Assembly: GCF_963853765.1 (NCBI RefSeq)
Contig: NC_088858.1
Span: 7,192,001-7,256,000 of the forward strand
Source of the DNA: Magallana gigas
Taxonomy: Eukaryota
Direction of reading: 5' to 3'
DNA: 64,000 nt
Made by a program: the position numbers and the translations under genes. Shown one piece after another: positions 1 to 13,030 of the stretch (its first letter is position 1; every line of letters starts with the position of its first letter). The notes under the pieces were generated by a model that was given only the letters and a program-made list of their open reading frames with translations, ran no database searches and was not told where the DNA came from.

Positions 1-619
1 ATTAACAGTTTGCAGAAACTTGGAGTTTCTTATGTACAAAATTTCTAGTATAGACAGTTATCTTTCAATCTAAACAGTGAATTATTCATAGAATGGGGTT
101 TTAAATAATTACTAGTATAACATTTTCCAGTGTAGTATGTATAATTTGTATATTTAATGTTTGAGTATTCAAAATATTCTATAATTCATGAAATTTACAT
201 AAGGTGGAGGGAATTTGAAATGGGGTATTATTGGCTGGGTTGTTTAAAGAAACGAAATGTTTTAAAAGTTTGGATGCATTTCGCAAAATGTGAAGAGATA
301 TTAATTTCACAATTTTGGGGGACGCATCCTCGCTCATGTTCATGCACTGAAGGTAATTTGTGAATGCTAACGAGACTTCCATGCTAATTATAAACGCTTT
401 GTTTGCTAACTAAATGCACCCGAGTAAAGTTTTAGAGTTTTATGATTTTAACGATTGATATGCTAATTCATTTCACTAAAACGTTTAAATTCCACCATAT
501 CCTAGCTCCAAAAACCCTGATTCTGGGGCTATTGGTTCCGTGATTAAATTCGATGCCTCTCTTTCCTTTCTTATCAGCTAGTGCATAAATCTGCAGGTCC
601 ATATATTATCGTGCAGATA

Positions 620-1195
620 TTTTTATACGCTGATTTACATGGAAAACTCCTATCCGTGTACCAGCTGCTCTTATTCCGTCCGTCGTGTATATATACATGT
701 ACGTCCGTCCGTCTGTTAACCTAATTTTTGCGTTTTCGACCTTTTCTCTAAAACCACAGGGGTAACTTAATCTAAACTTGGCACAAAGCATCTAGGAATG
801 AAATGAAATTTAAAATATGAAAATTAAAAAGGCACTTCCTTTTTATAGGAGAGAGAGGGGGTTTTTGTTTTTTGTTTTTGTTTTTTTTTTTTAAATCTTA
901 AGCACCACTGCAGTACAAATGCATGTCAATGTTTACAAACAAGTTTTCTATATATAAGGTTAAATCTAAATAGCCCGAAACATGGGCAAAATGCAAAATT
1001 TAATTTAAGATATGAAATATTCTGATTCAGTGTAGTACAATCTAAATTAATTGTTTTAATCGTGACCATCGGGTCGAAGTTGGGCCCTAGGTGGGGTCAT
1101 CTTATGGAACATACAGGGAAACCCCTTAAAAATCTAGAATTAAAATGAAGAAATCTGTGATACCTTTTAGTACGACGGCGTATAAGTGCTACTTC
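620..1195. mobile_element. Degenerate Helentron-type non-autonomous element (HINE/CvA-like)
   Basis: tttttatacgc..., GTCC/GTCT microsatellite, the aaacttggcacaaagcatc core shared with the 30548 element, and the end cgacggcgtataag (inverted match to the start). Confidence 0.55.
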
Positions 1196-1227
1196 AAATT
1201 GCCATAAAAAATATATAAAAAAATTCT

Positions 1228-1345
1228 TTTATACGATTTTTAATACGATTTAGAAAATCGTTTGTAAGATTAAAAAATTCGTTTGCATGATTTGAAAAAT
1301 CGTTTGAACGATTTTTAAAATCGTTTGAACGAATTTTAATTTTGT
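1228..1345. repeat. Short tandem array of ~21-22-bp palindromic units (aaaatcgtttgaacgatttt)
   Basis: About 4 degenerate units; the best unit is self-complementary apart from a 2-nt centre. Confidence 0.6.
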
Positions 1346-2013
1346 TTGTTTTATGTATAAAAAAAATCCATTCTAAATTTAAATGTCAATCTGTTTTCAA
1401 ATTACTTTTGGGTGCTTCTGGAAATACTGTAGTGTATACTTATATATAACCTTTTGTCTGTTAAAAATGTAACTATACATAAGAGCAAAATGTTTGTTTT
1501 TTTATGTTATATTAGAAGGCATTCTTCGGCTTATCATTACATGTACATTATTTGGTCTGAACTAATCGGGATCGGTATTCCTTTGACCTTTGACTCCTCT
1601 TGATATTAGTGTTGATTGTCAAAACTGTAAATGTAATCTAGAGTGCTACCACCTACCAAAAAGTTATACAGGTAATTTAAGATTTAATCAGCTTATAAGT
1701 AATTCATACTATGCATATATTTTTGCATCGCTGATCTTTTGTGGGTGATCGTGTACTTTGTTTCGAGATCATTTAGTAGGACGTTCTCCAAATCGACCTA
1801 GTTTGACGTGACCAGAGTCACTCTGATGTGACAGAGTTTCTGGCTTATTCACTTATTTATTCCATCAATTGTGCAGTAATCTCAGACTTATCAAAAGCGA
1901 ATTTTATTCAGCTCAATTTGCAAATACATGTATGTATTTTAGTATATGCTGAGATTTTTAATTTTATGTGTTCCCTGTGTTTCAATTTTCAGAGTAAAAA
2001 CGAGTAGAACAAG

Positions 2014-5000
2014 ATGCCACGGACCAGAGACAAGGTTTTGCTTGGTCTAGGAGGAGTAGCGGGTTTGTCGGTGGCAGCTTGGCAAACCATGTTCCCTTGG
2101 CTAAAATATGACTTGGACTTTATGAGAGTTGGGAAAAAGATTGGCCAACATATGAGCAAGGATATAGAGATAAAAAGATATATCATTGAAATGTTTGAAG
2201 AGACTGTTGCTAGATGTCCAAAGAAAACCATGATCATTTTCGAAGACAGAGAATATACTTATGAGTTCATGAATGAACAAGCTAAAAAGGTGGCTAATAT
2301 CGCATATGAGTGGAAGTTCAAGGTTGGAGAGACAATTGCAATAATCATTCAGAACCATCCATCATTTGTGTGGACATTTTTAGGTAGAGTATTTTTCTCA
2401 ACATAAATATGAGTTATACTATAATGACAGTGAATCAACATTCAAATGTACAATAATATGTGTAACATTTAATTTATAAATACAGCATGCCCCTTATAAG
2501 CTTTAAAAAGTAAGTGCAAATAACACTCCTATATTTTGAATTAAATCAGAGCATGAAATTTAGTGCCCCGTTTTAATGAATTTTATATAATTTGTTGCGG
2601 ATTTGATTATTGGCTGATCATAAGTTGGTAAGAGACAACTGATTCTACCGATTAATCAGTTATGACTATAACTAAAATCTGTTGATTGATAAAATATAAT
2701 ATTCTGTTTTAGTCAATCAGACAGAATTACATTGAAACACGCCTATAACGAAATGCCAAGAACGGGCAATTTTGCAATGTTATAAGCGTAATTCATTATA
2801 TCAGTGAAGTTTACAACATGCTATATAAATTAAGTCAGGGGGGATGAAAATCACTGTGATGTAAGTGTCAATTCATTATAAGCATGATCGCTTTAATCTT
2901 GTTTTACTGTATATGTAACTGGCAGAACTATCCCCAGTTGCTTGTTGATTTGAAAATGATTGAAGACTGAGGACTAAAAGTTTACAGATATAAAACATGT
3001 TACTTATGATATACTAAGTCTTATAAATTTAAAAGGACTTAAGGCACAATATGAGATGATAATATTAATTAATAGGGCTGGGACGATACTGTACTGAGCC
3101 GATTCGGTACATATCACGATACATGAGATGCAATACGATACATATCACGATACATTGCAATTAAATGAAAACATGAATAAAAGTTTAAAATTTATTCAAC
3201 CTGCCGATGTATTACCGCATGTCCAAAGTTATTTTGTTATATTCATAATGAGCGTTGCACAATTTACAAATTACTTTAGTCTCGTGTACACTAGTTTTTC
3301 ATAAACAAGTACTCCATATTTAGCTTCCTAACAGTTTTGACAACTTTACGAGGTTTTCCGCCATCTTTGTACTTTCATATTAGGCGCGCAGACTAAAAAT
3401 AGCCGATTTATGAAGCTCGGATATTTTTGAAAAATAAAAAAAGTTCGGTAAGGTATCGTTGTATTAATGGTAAATGTATCGATCCAAATATCGTCAAAAT
3501 AAATACCGCGATGCACCGGTGCATCGGTGGATCGTCCCATCCCTATTAATTAAACAGGTTACTTTTGCATTTACCAAAAGTTGAATGTAAGAAGTCAAAT
3601 TACAAGTGAGATACAGATATTAGAACTCAATCATTGTTATGTAAACAAAATTGCGAGTCTTAGATTCGTTTATAAAAAATGTAAAGTACGGAAAGTACCA
3701 TTTGTTTGACATAAATGTTTCATAGCAAACAATGTAAACTGATTCAGTTTGTTCATAAATAATATTATCAACAGAAGAGGGCAACGTTTAATTGAAACTT
3801 ATACCAATGCAACATATTTTTAAACAATAACAAGACTTTAGCTTTGCTTACAAAACAAAGAATTTCAAACTCTGTAATACTTGTAACTCAATTTTTGACT
3901 TTCAAATTTTGAGGAATCATTAACATACCCATGTTTACCATTTTAGATATTAAAAATAGAAAATTAAAAGTTTAAAAATTCAGAGCTCAAATCGTGTCTA
4001 AGTCCGTTGAATTTGATATCAGTCAGGTGAACACTGAGGTTTAGGATCTGTGAAGGAATTTCAGTTAAATTGGTACCAAGGATTTATATTATCATAGTGA
4101 GATTCGGTAGATTTTTTAATTGTTTAAAACTTTTCAAATGACTGTAGATATACATTTTCTTGATGAAGTTATTTCTTTCTCTGCAGGTCTCCAAAAAGTT
4201 GGTTTAGGTGTTGCTTTCATAAATTATCACAACAGAAGTAAACCTCTGCTTCACACCATAAAAGTTAGCAAGGCAAAAGCAGTGATTGTTGGACCAGGTA
4301 GTTTTCCATAAAATTCTTATAATATTATACACTTTATTTTACAATTTGTGGCATACTTGACAATATTAAAATCTTCCAATTTTCACGGCATGTGATGTAC
4401 CTTAATCGAGTAACGTATTACATGTAATTATTTTCTTCATAAAACTGTTGCAGTATATGTCTTCTAAACGACAATGATGAAACTCTCATAATGAATGTGC
4501 AGATGTCTTCTTTCAGAGGATGAGCTGTTCCATGCCGTTGAAGAGATTCGCCCAGAATTAGACATTCCTTTGTATCTGTACGGCAAATCCACAGCTAATG
4601 TTCCGGAGGGCTACATCTCGTGGGACGACCTGATGCTGAATTCTCCGGCCGCCGATATAAGCAAAAGTCTCAGAAGCAGTTTCACTCTGGTGACTCCGTG
4701 CATTTACATCTTCACTTCAGGAACAACAGGTAATATTATGAAGAGATGCCCAAAACTCTAATAAAGAAAAACAAGTTTTTTGTGGCAGTCTTAATCAGAT
4801 CAATTACCAAGCACTTTAAGTATCGTATATCCAGTAATTTTCACGGTGATCTAATTTTGGCTTTTTTTCACGATCCCTTTCACGTGTTCTATTAGAGACT
4901 TATAAAATCGCATAAAAATGACTGACACAAATAAAAAGTGCTACATATTTTCCCCTTTTTTGTGATAATTTTTGTGACACGCGCAAAAAAACAGATATAC

Positions 5001-8000
5001 AGTAATTTGTAAAATATTTTCATTTCTTAAGAATAAGAGATTTCATTAAGAAAGCTGTTACCTTGAGACAGTGTGATTGATACATTGAGATAAAACTAAC
5101 GGGAAATGTCATATATTTTTATCTCACGTCTACATACATAATGAAATGTCCTTGGAGTGATTAGCTCTTTAATATGTTGTAATTTAGGTCTCTTTACAGT
5201 AATTTGAAAAAGAAAGATTTTTTTATGTTTTCCATTTCATCTTGCAACAGAGTTTAAAATGTCAAATTATTATGTCCATTCATAAGGCTTACCTAAGCCA
5301 GCCATCGTAAATCAAGGGAAAGCAATCGGCTTCTCCAAGTTTCTGATGTTCTCGGAGATGACCCCAGAGGACAGAGTGTACAGCACAACGCCACTGTACC
5401 ACAGTGCTGCCACACTTGCTCTGTTCAGTGTGATGGCATTAGGTGAGTCTCTGAACATACTGTGGTTTCATTGATATTCAAGGGTATCAATTTTTGTGGA
5501 TAAAGTGAAAATCACAGTTTCAAGGATACGTAAATTCAATGACCCTATCAATACAAAATGTTAATAGAAATTGCATTTCAATGAACATTTAATTTCATGG
5601 ATCAACTTAACAACCGAATCCACGAAAATTGGTATTCAACAAATATTGATGAAACCACAGTACCTTACCTACCAGACTCATGAATGCCAATCTAAAAATT
5701 GTCAGCTTTATTCAATCTACTGTAATCCAATTGTTATCAACAACTATCTAGTACTGTTGCAATTAATTTGAAGATCACTGTTCAAATTTGATGTTTAGTG
5801 ATTTCCAATGACAGATTCATTTTCATGTATTTTTTAAACTTTTCTGATTACATTTTCTGGTCTATGATGACTTGTGTAGATGGCTGAGTGGTCAGAAGAG
5901 AGAAAGTTATTTTACGCATGCAAATGAATTTACAGCATTGGAACATTCTAGTGTTATAGATGTTTCTGCTTTATTGACTGAAAAAAAATCACTCATTCTT
6001 ATTTTAAAACTTTCGAGACTGATTATGGCAAAATGTCCATGATACCAAAGTAGCATTTGCTAAACCGAAGTTTTTCTGGCTTCGTTGCTTTTAAACTGAG
6101 ACGACTTTACTGTTTTCAGTGTTTCCTGCTTTTACATGCATGCATGCTAACTTTACCACATGTATGCATGCTTACCTAGATTCTAAGCTTGTTTCTGTTT
6201 GTAGGTGGTACAATGGTTCTTCGGGTCAAGTTTTCTGCATCCCATTATTTTGAAGATTGTAGGAGACACAAAGTCACTATAGCGCAGTACATAGGAGAGC
6301 TTGCCAGATATCTTTTGCATGTACCCGAGGTATGCAACTTTCTTCTGATATGGATTGATTTAGGTCACCTGTTGCATATCTCCAATGTAAAATTCTACTT
6401 CTTCACCCCTGTCTATCATCTGCATTGTTAAACAAGCTATGCGGTCGTTGAACTTTTTTAGGTCACCTGAGTCATTCACATGACCATTTACTGATTGTGG
6501 TTGTCTGTCTGGCTTCAGTGAAATGTTTTTAACTTCATCTTTGAAGTCAATTTTGGAGACAACAGTGACAGTACCATATTAATTCAATTTGACTACCAGG
6601 TAAATCTGGTGGCCACAGCACAGTGAAATATCTTAGGGTATAAAACATACATTATCTAGTTAACCACTGGATGTGTCATTCTTCAGGTTAAGCTCTCCTG
6701 ATCATTCTATAGGGAAATAGAGAAACTGCAGCAATTTAATTATTCTTTCATTTTGAGTTGATAAAATTTGTTTTGAATATTTGGCAATCCCATAATGAAC
6801 TGAGCCTTTCCCCTAATTACATTACCAGGTATATATAGTTTCATTGCTATTCAGAAGTCTTAACCTGACCTAGGTAATTTTTTGTCCTTGTTTCAAGAAT
6901 AGTTAAAGGTCACCGGAAACATGTATAACAACTTTACATAAAATGGCGATAAATTGAAATGTAAGATCAATAGTACTTTAAAACATGGTGTTCAAACTCA
7001 TTGGTTTGGCGTAGTAAACAACCAATAAACATACAGGTAAATTTCCGGCTGTTCTTGAGTCTCATTCCCTTTAATTATAGCAGTCCTAACCTATCTCTAC
7101 CTATAATACTATTGCATTGAATAGAACTCACTTTTGATGATTAAACTTTGGATTTAATTATGTTAATTGAAATTAAATGTGTTTCAGTCTGATGTACAGG
7201 TAGATGTATACATACACTTACTGGTACCTGTGTATAGTAATGCATACGGGTATAGTACACAATTTAAATTTGTTAACTCTTTTGGTCACTCAAGTGACAG
7301 ATTGCTATCAGTCTTCGTCCGTCATCATGCGTTGTCTGTCAATTGTGTTATATAATTTTACATTTTTAACTTCCTCTTGAAAACTCTGGAGCCTCAGGAG
7401 AGCATATTGAAGAAGGAAGGGTATATTGCTTTTTGCTGATGTCTGTCTGTCTGTCAATTGGTCGGTCCATCAACAGTTTCTCTTCATTTTCTTTGCAGAG
7501 TTTGCATATACTGAAATGAAATTTGGTATAAAGGTTTATCATAATGATATCTAGGTCACGTTCAATTTTGGGTTTGATCAAGCAATAATTGACAGAATAA
7601 TGTCCCTTGGGCTTAAAAAAATTCCAATATTCTGCAGTTACTGTTCATTTTCTTCACAGAGGTTGTACATATACTGAAAAGAAATTTGGCATACATGCAG
7701 GTTTACCATAATAATATCTATGTCAAGTTCAATTTTAGGTATGATCAAGCAATTTTTGATGGAGTTATGCCCCTTTGACTTCTAAAAAAATTGCAATATT
7801 TTGCAGTTTCCATTTATTTTCTTCCGAGAGGTTGCACATAATAAAATGAAATTTTGTATACAGTTTAATCATAATAAAATCTAAATCAAGTGTGTTTTTG
7901 GGTATGATCAATCAATTTTTGACAGAATTATTCCCCTTGGACTTAGATATACTCCTTATTCATGTATTAATATTTTGCAGTTTCCTTTCATTTTATTCGC

Positions 8001-11000
8001 AGAGATTTTACATACGCACTGAATAAAATTTGGTATACCGGTACAGATTTATCATAATAATGTATAGGTCAAGTTTTGTTTTGGGTTCGATTGAGCAATT
8101 TATGGTAGAGTTATGTGCCTTGGGATTGGAAAAATTCCAATTAGTTGCAGTTTCCGATCAATTTCTTCAGAGGTCTCCAAGGGAGGGGAGCACACGTTTC
8201 ACAAATATCTCTTTAAACTTCACTTGCTACTCAGATGGTTACTAGTTCATTCAACAGTTTTTGTATGATATTAATATTCAGAGGCCTGAGGATGGTAATC
8301 ATAACATTAGGGCCATGATAGGAAATGGACTCCGTGCAGATATATGGGAGGCATTCCAGAAGAGATACAAAATTCCAAAGATAGTGGAGTTTTTCGGAGC
8401 CACAGAAGGAACAGCAGCTTTTGTAAACACATGGGGGCGTGTTGGATCCTGTGGACGATTGTCTCCATTTCTGGTTAGTCTTTAAGTAACAAAATTATAG
8501 CATTAATTGTGTCACCATGTTGCAGTGCTTTATAAAAAAAAGTTCAAGAATTAAAATGTTGTGTCAAGTCATTGAAGTGAAGAACTGATATACCTTCAGA
8601 ACCAAAATTTATGTTTAGCGGTAATTAATAAAAAAATTATTACAAAAGGGCGAGTAAACTTTTCTTGAGTTGCATAAAAAATTGAACACCTCTGTACTTT
8701 CTAGAATATGGCGAAACTTTATATCATAAATATTTACATGTTCATAAGTCTGAAGATTTTGTACAAAATAATTACATGACTATTGTATTATGTTTCAACA
8801 TTCATACAAGATATGATGAAACTGTGCTAAAAATACATGGATTAATTGAAGATTTAGTATCTGTAAACTTCCTCTGGCGGCCAGTATTTCTTTCTTTTTG
8901 GTTTTGTATTTCATGCATATTTAAAAAAACATGAGATGTTGCTATATAGTAGTTAGAAATAATAATCTTACATTGACCAGGCTACACGTCCGTAGGACGT
9001 CTTTCATTTTATTGATAGAACATTCTATCTAATATATAGTAGTATATAATTTTAGAACAAGATTAGTCCAACCAAATCCTATATTGTACGCTACGACCCC
9101 AGAACAGATGCTCCTCTGCGGAACAAAGAAGGAAGATGTATTCTTTGCAAAATAGGTAAAATTGTGTTCAATGAATTTTGAATTTCTTTTTTCCTTGAGT
9201 CTTTTTCCTTTTTTGTTTGCATGGTTCTTGATACAAACTTGGCACTCTATATTTGGGAGTTGATTTTAATGGCAAACTGAAATTGAAACAGTGTTTGGAC
9301 CTAATCACAAATCATCACCGCTGACAAGACTTAGTTCTTGAAAATAATTCGATGTAATGTACGCTGAAACATTCTTTTTTTAAGGAAACTTATTTAGTAA
9401 TACCTTGGAAATAGTCAGATTTTAAATAGTACGAACAATTTAGCATTCTCTCAACAGAGGTCGTGCTAAACAAGCTTTGTGTAAGCGAAGCTTGTGTAGC
9501 ACGACCTCTGGTGAGAGAATGATAGTCTCGTTCAACCATCGGCTGTCTCCGTACATCTCCGACAAGCAGAGAGTCAGTCTATATTTAGAGGTCGCATCAT
9601 CAAGCTATCATGTGACTTACTTGTTGGAGATAAACGGAGATAGCCGAGCATCTGATTGAACGAGGCTTGAGATCATTATTGGTTGGATCCATACAATTTT
9701 TAAAATATTTCGAATACCGATACATAATTTGACGAAATCAATTCCATTTTTAAATATTACACAACATGATTCATTAGAGGTTTTCTCGAAATTATTGTCA
9801 GAAAAGTCCGAGAATTCATATTATAAAAATGTGCGTAATTCAAATTTGCCAAGCAAATTAACATATCGATGATTTAAAGATAAAAAATAATCGATAAAAT
9901 CAACTCTCATCAGTACTTCAGTACTTTGATATATACCTGTATTTAGCTGGTATTATTGGGAATGTTTGATCTATCTCGAAGTATTTATCAGGAGAACCAG
10001 GGCTTATGATTGGAGGAATACCAAACCCTGCACTCTATGCAGAAGGTTTTTACCTGGGAGGTAAAGAGATAAACGAAAAGAAGTATGTCAGAAATGCCTT
10101 TGTGGAAGGGGATGCTTACTTCAACTTTGGTGATTTAATGTACTACGATAAAGATTACTTCATCTATTTTAAAGACCGATTGGGGGATACTTTCAGGTGT
10201 GTTACATTGAATTTAATTGTTAGAAAATAAACTTTTAGGCATTTGATCCAGCATATGTTTATCACAATTTGACAATATTTCATTCTTACTTTTATAGATG
10301 GAAAGGTGAAAATGTTTCCACAAATGAGGTAGCCAATGTGCTGACTGCACTTCCATTTATTCAGGACGCCAACGTGTATGGAGTGGAGGTACCAGGTGGG
10401 TTTGATATCTTTACTTTGGATTCCTAATTAATGCAAGAAATTAATATCCTTATAAAGTCATATAGAAGCATCCTTCATGAATTTTTGAAATCTCAATTTT
10501 ATTTTCCCGGCCGGACAGTTGTAAACTACATGTACACATGAGATTAGCAAAAGTTTGGTACTCATAATATTTTTGTCTTGCGATTTGAAATAAAACATCA
10601 AAAACGAAGTACCAGTCTTCACTTTAGAAGTCGCACAGTCCTATGTTTGAAAAGTAAATGCTGGCCCTTCCATTGTTTTACATGTACCCACCATAGATTA
10701 ATTTGCTTTGTACTGTTTATGTGCAGATGGTCTTATAACGGTATTTGGAAGGAACATGTTGGCACCTTCATTGTAGTTTGCTTTGCTTTGCTTTAGGTGC
10801 GGATGGTCGGGCAGGCATGGCTGCTATACTGCTGAAGGACACGGTGGAGTTCCACACCGACCTACTGCCCCAGATCTTCCACCACTGTGAGGAGAACCTG
10901 CCCGTGTATGCTCGTCCTCTGTTCCTCCGATTCATCAAGGAAATGCCCCTGACCACCACCCACAAACAGAAGAAGGTGCAATATGTCAAGGAGGGATTTA

Positions 11001-11110
11001 ATCCAGCCCTCATTAGTGATCCTCTTTTCCGTGTTTCTGCTGAAACTAAAACCTACATCCCACTCACAACAGAAAATGTGAGCCAGTTTATGGCCAAATC
11101 ACGACTGTAG
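2014..11110 (+). CDS. SLC27A: SLC27/FATP-family very-long-chain acyl-CoA synthetase (fatty acid transport protein), 10 coding exons, 627 aa
   Basis: Exons 2014-2383, 4187-4297, 4517-4729, 5287-5442, 6205-6329, 8282-8473, 9056-9155, 9992-10196, 10298-10395, 10797-11110. All introns are GT-AG with consistent phases; total 1884 nt. Motifs: AMP-binding [36 protein letters not shown], and FATP signature [31 protein letters not shown]. The specific vertebrate paralogue cannot be assigned. Confidence 0.96.
2727..2911. mobile_element. Degenerate MITE of the tacagtaaaac/gttttactgta family
   Basis: Internally similar to 52291-52467; ends gttttactgta. Confidence 0.55.
3073..3545. mobile_element. hAT-type MITE with 8-bp target-site duplication
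   Basis: TIRs tagggctgggacgat / atcgtcccatcccta; ttaattaa on both sides (3065-3072, 3546-3553). An 8-bp TSD is typical of hAT. Confidence 0.8.
5458..5662. mobile_element. MITE with TA ends (Tc1/mariner-like)
   Basis: TIRs tactgtggtttcat / atgaaaccacagta. Confidence 0.75.
7380..8215 (-). mobile_element. HINE-like element with ~4 internal tandem repeats of ~160-175 bp
   Basis: GTCT microsatellite at 7441-7455, then repeated ttcattttctt..cagag...gaaatttgg..cataataat..tcaagttcaatttt..tgatcaa units starting near 7483, 7645, 7808 and 7986. Confidence 0.7.
9230..9925 (+). mobile_element. Dispersed repeat family, copy 1, carrying two internal hairpins
   Basis: Similar to 27860-28355 (+) and the reverse complement of 41030-41620; hairpins at 9445-9520 and 9523-9667. 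Confidence 0.7.
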
Positions 11111-12659
11111 GGCAGAGATTATACATTGCTCATAGAGTGCGTGTTCAATGTATCTAGACAAAAGCTCAATCCAAACCTGGTTTATTAATTTTGTTTCGTA
11201 CCTTCGAGTATAGTTTACTTTTTTATGAACTACATGATGAAGAAACTATTTATAGTGAATGCAGAGGGACAGAGATAGACACCATAGACTGAGTGTTTAA
11301 ACTATGCAATCAGTTTTTACTTGTACAATATACATTTTTTCCATTGAAACTAGTTTTTTGATGCACTTATAAAGGGTTTTTTGAAGATTATTAAAAATCT
11401 TGATACTACATACATATACACTGCATCATAGCCGCATATTTTTGCACAAACCTGAGGTGCTGTTAAAATTTGATTATGCCTTGTTGTTATATGATAATAT
11501 TAATTTTTATCATGATTTTTAACTCAATTTTATAAATTGAGGAATGCAAATACAGATAATCTTTGTGATTTTTTTTAACTACTCAGGTCTATAAAATATG
11601 ATTTTATTTTTAACTATTGATTCGATTTTTTTTCTTCAATTTATGAATGATTTAAACACCATAAAACAAGGATGCTATAGATGTACTACATGTGCATTGA
11701 CTTGAATGTTAATATACTTCTGGCATAATTTTAACTATATAGATACATTTATTATATTTATTACCAGTCAATAAACTCGTAAAATATAAGTGTTCTAGGA
11801 CAGACATTGGAACACCGGCCCTCTTATGAATTACCATGCATTAGAACAGAATTGACAATTCTTTAAAATATTAAGTTACCCTAAAATGTTACTGAAACAT
11901 GATTATGATTTTGCTGATTTTGAACCATGATTCAATCACCATCTTGTGTGGTGTATGTTACTATTTTTAACCTTTTTGCCATTGTTAGTGATTTTGTTGT
12001 CCACTTGAGGTTGATTTACACTGTACATGTAGTTTAACTACCATTGCAAATGTCATTCTGTTGATTCAATTATGATTTACATGTACCGGTGTATTATTAT
12101 TGTTATGAATAATATTATTTAATGTTTAAATAAAATCACTGCTATTTAATAACTGCTTACTTTATTACCTCTATGCCTGTAGTGCTAGATTGATAAGCTG
12201 TACTATGCAATAAGCATTCTGAAAGTATTGCATAATTATACATTACATGTCCCCTACCGACCATTTTATGTGCTAAATAGATTTCAAGAAAATTTGGTAA
12301 AAGATGATCAACTCAATTAGTAGTAAAAAGATGAGTTGTTGAAAAACATTTAATATGTAGTATCTATACAAGTTTATAATCAATTCACCATTGAAAACAT
12401 AATTTTAAAAAATCTGGAAAACAAAGTATTATAGGGGGACTAATGAAGAAATACTCTAAATTCTTGACCATCGCCAGCTACTTCCTGTCAGAGATTTTAG
12501 TGTTGAATAACTGCTTGCTCCTAGAGATTTTGCTTAATTGTCACTTCAGTAGCAGCATAGTGATTAAAGAAAAGAAAATTTATCTTTATCCCAAGAAATT
12601 ACTGTCACTGACTTTGTTTTTTAAAGGAGTAAGTAAAAATAAGTTTTTCTTCTATGAAG

Positions 12660-13030
12660 ATTTTATCAAGAGAGGCCCATTGGCCACATCACTTACCTGA
12701 GGAACTCTAGGTATGATAAAATCAGCTTAATGGCGTCATAATACAAACTATCTGGACAGTGTACAATAAAACATGTAGATCTTGTTTAAATAAAATCCAT
12801 TTTCCGCCCTGGATATTCCTGTTTATAATCAATAGCCCTTTTCTAACAGGATGATTTTATAGTGACTGTCATTACACATGTCGAGTATTGCAATTCTCAA
12901 AAAGATCCTAAACATTTATTTATATATAAGATATAAACCTACATCAAACTCTAAACCCCTTGTGAGACCAAAGAATCGCCCAGGGGCCAAAGTCTAAACA
13001 ATTATAAAGAATCACCTAGCTGATTCGTTT
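12660..13030 (-). mobile_element. HINE remnant
   Basis: Reverse complement reads caggtaagtgatgtggccaatgggcctctcttg, matching the HINE 3' end at 33058-33092. Confidence 0.5.

Noticed and set aside
12685-12700. Strong donor-like cag|gtaagtg on the minus strand
   Set aside because: Part of a HINE terminus; no associated exon.
12443-12700. 85-aa plus-strand ORF
   Set aside because: AT-rich, K/F/L/I-biased composition typical of spurious ORFs; overlaps a repeat remnant.
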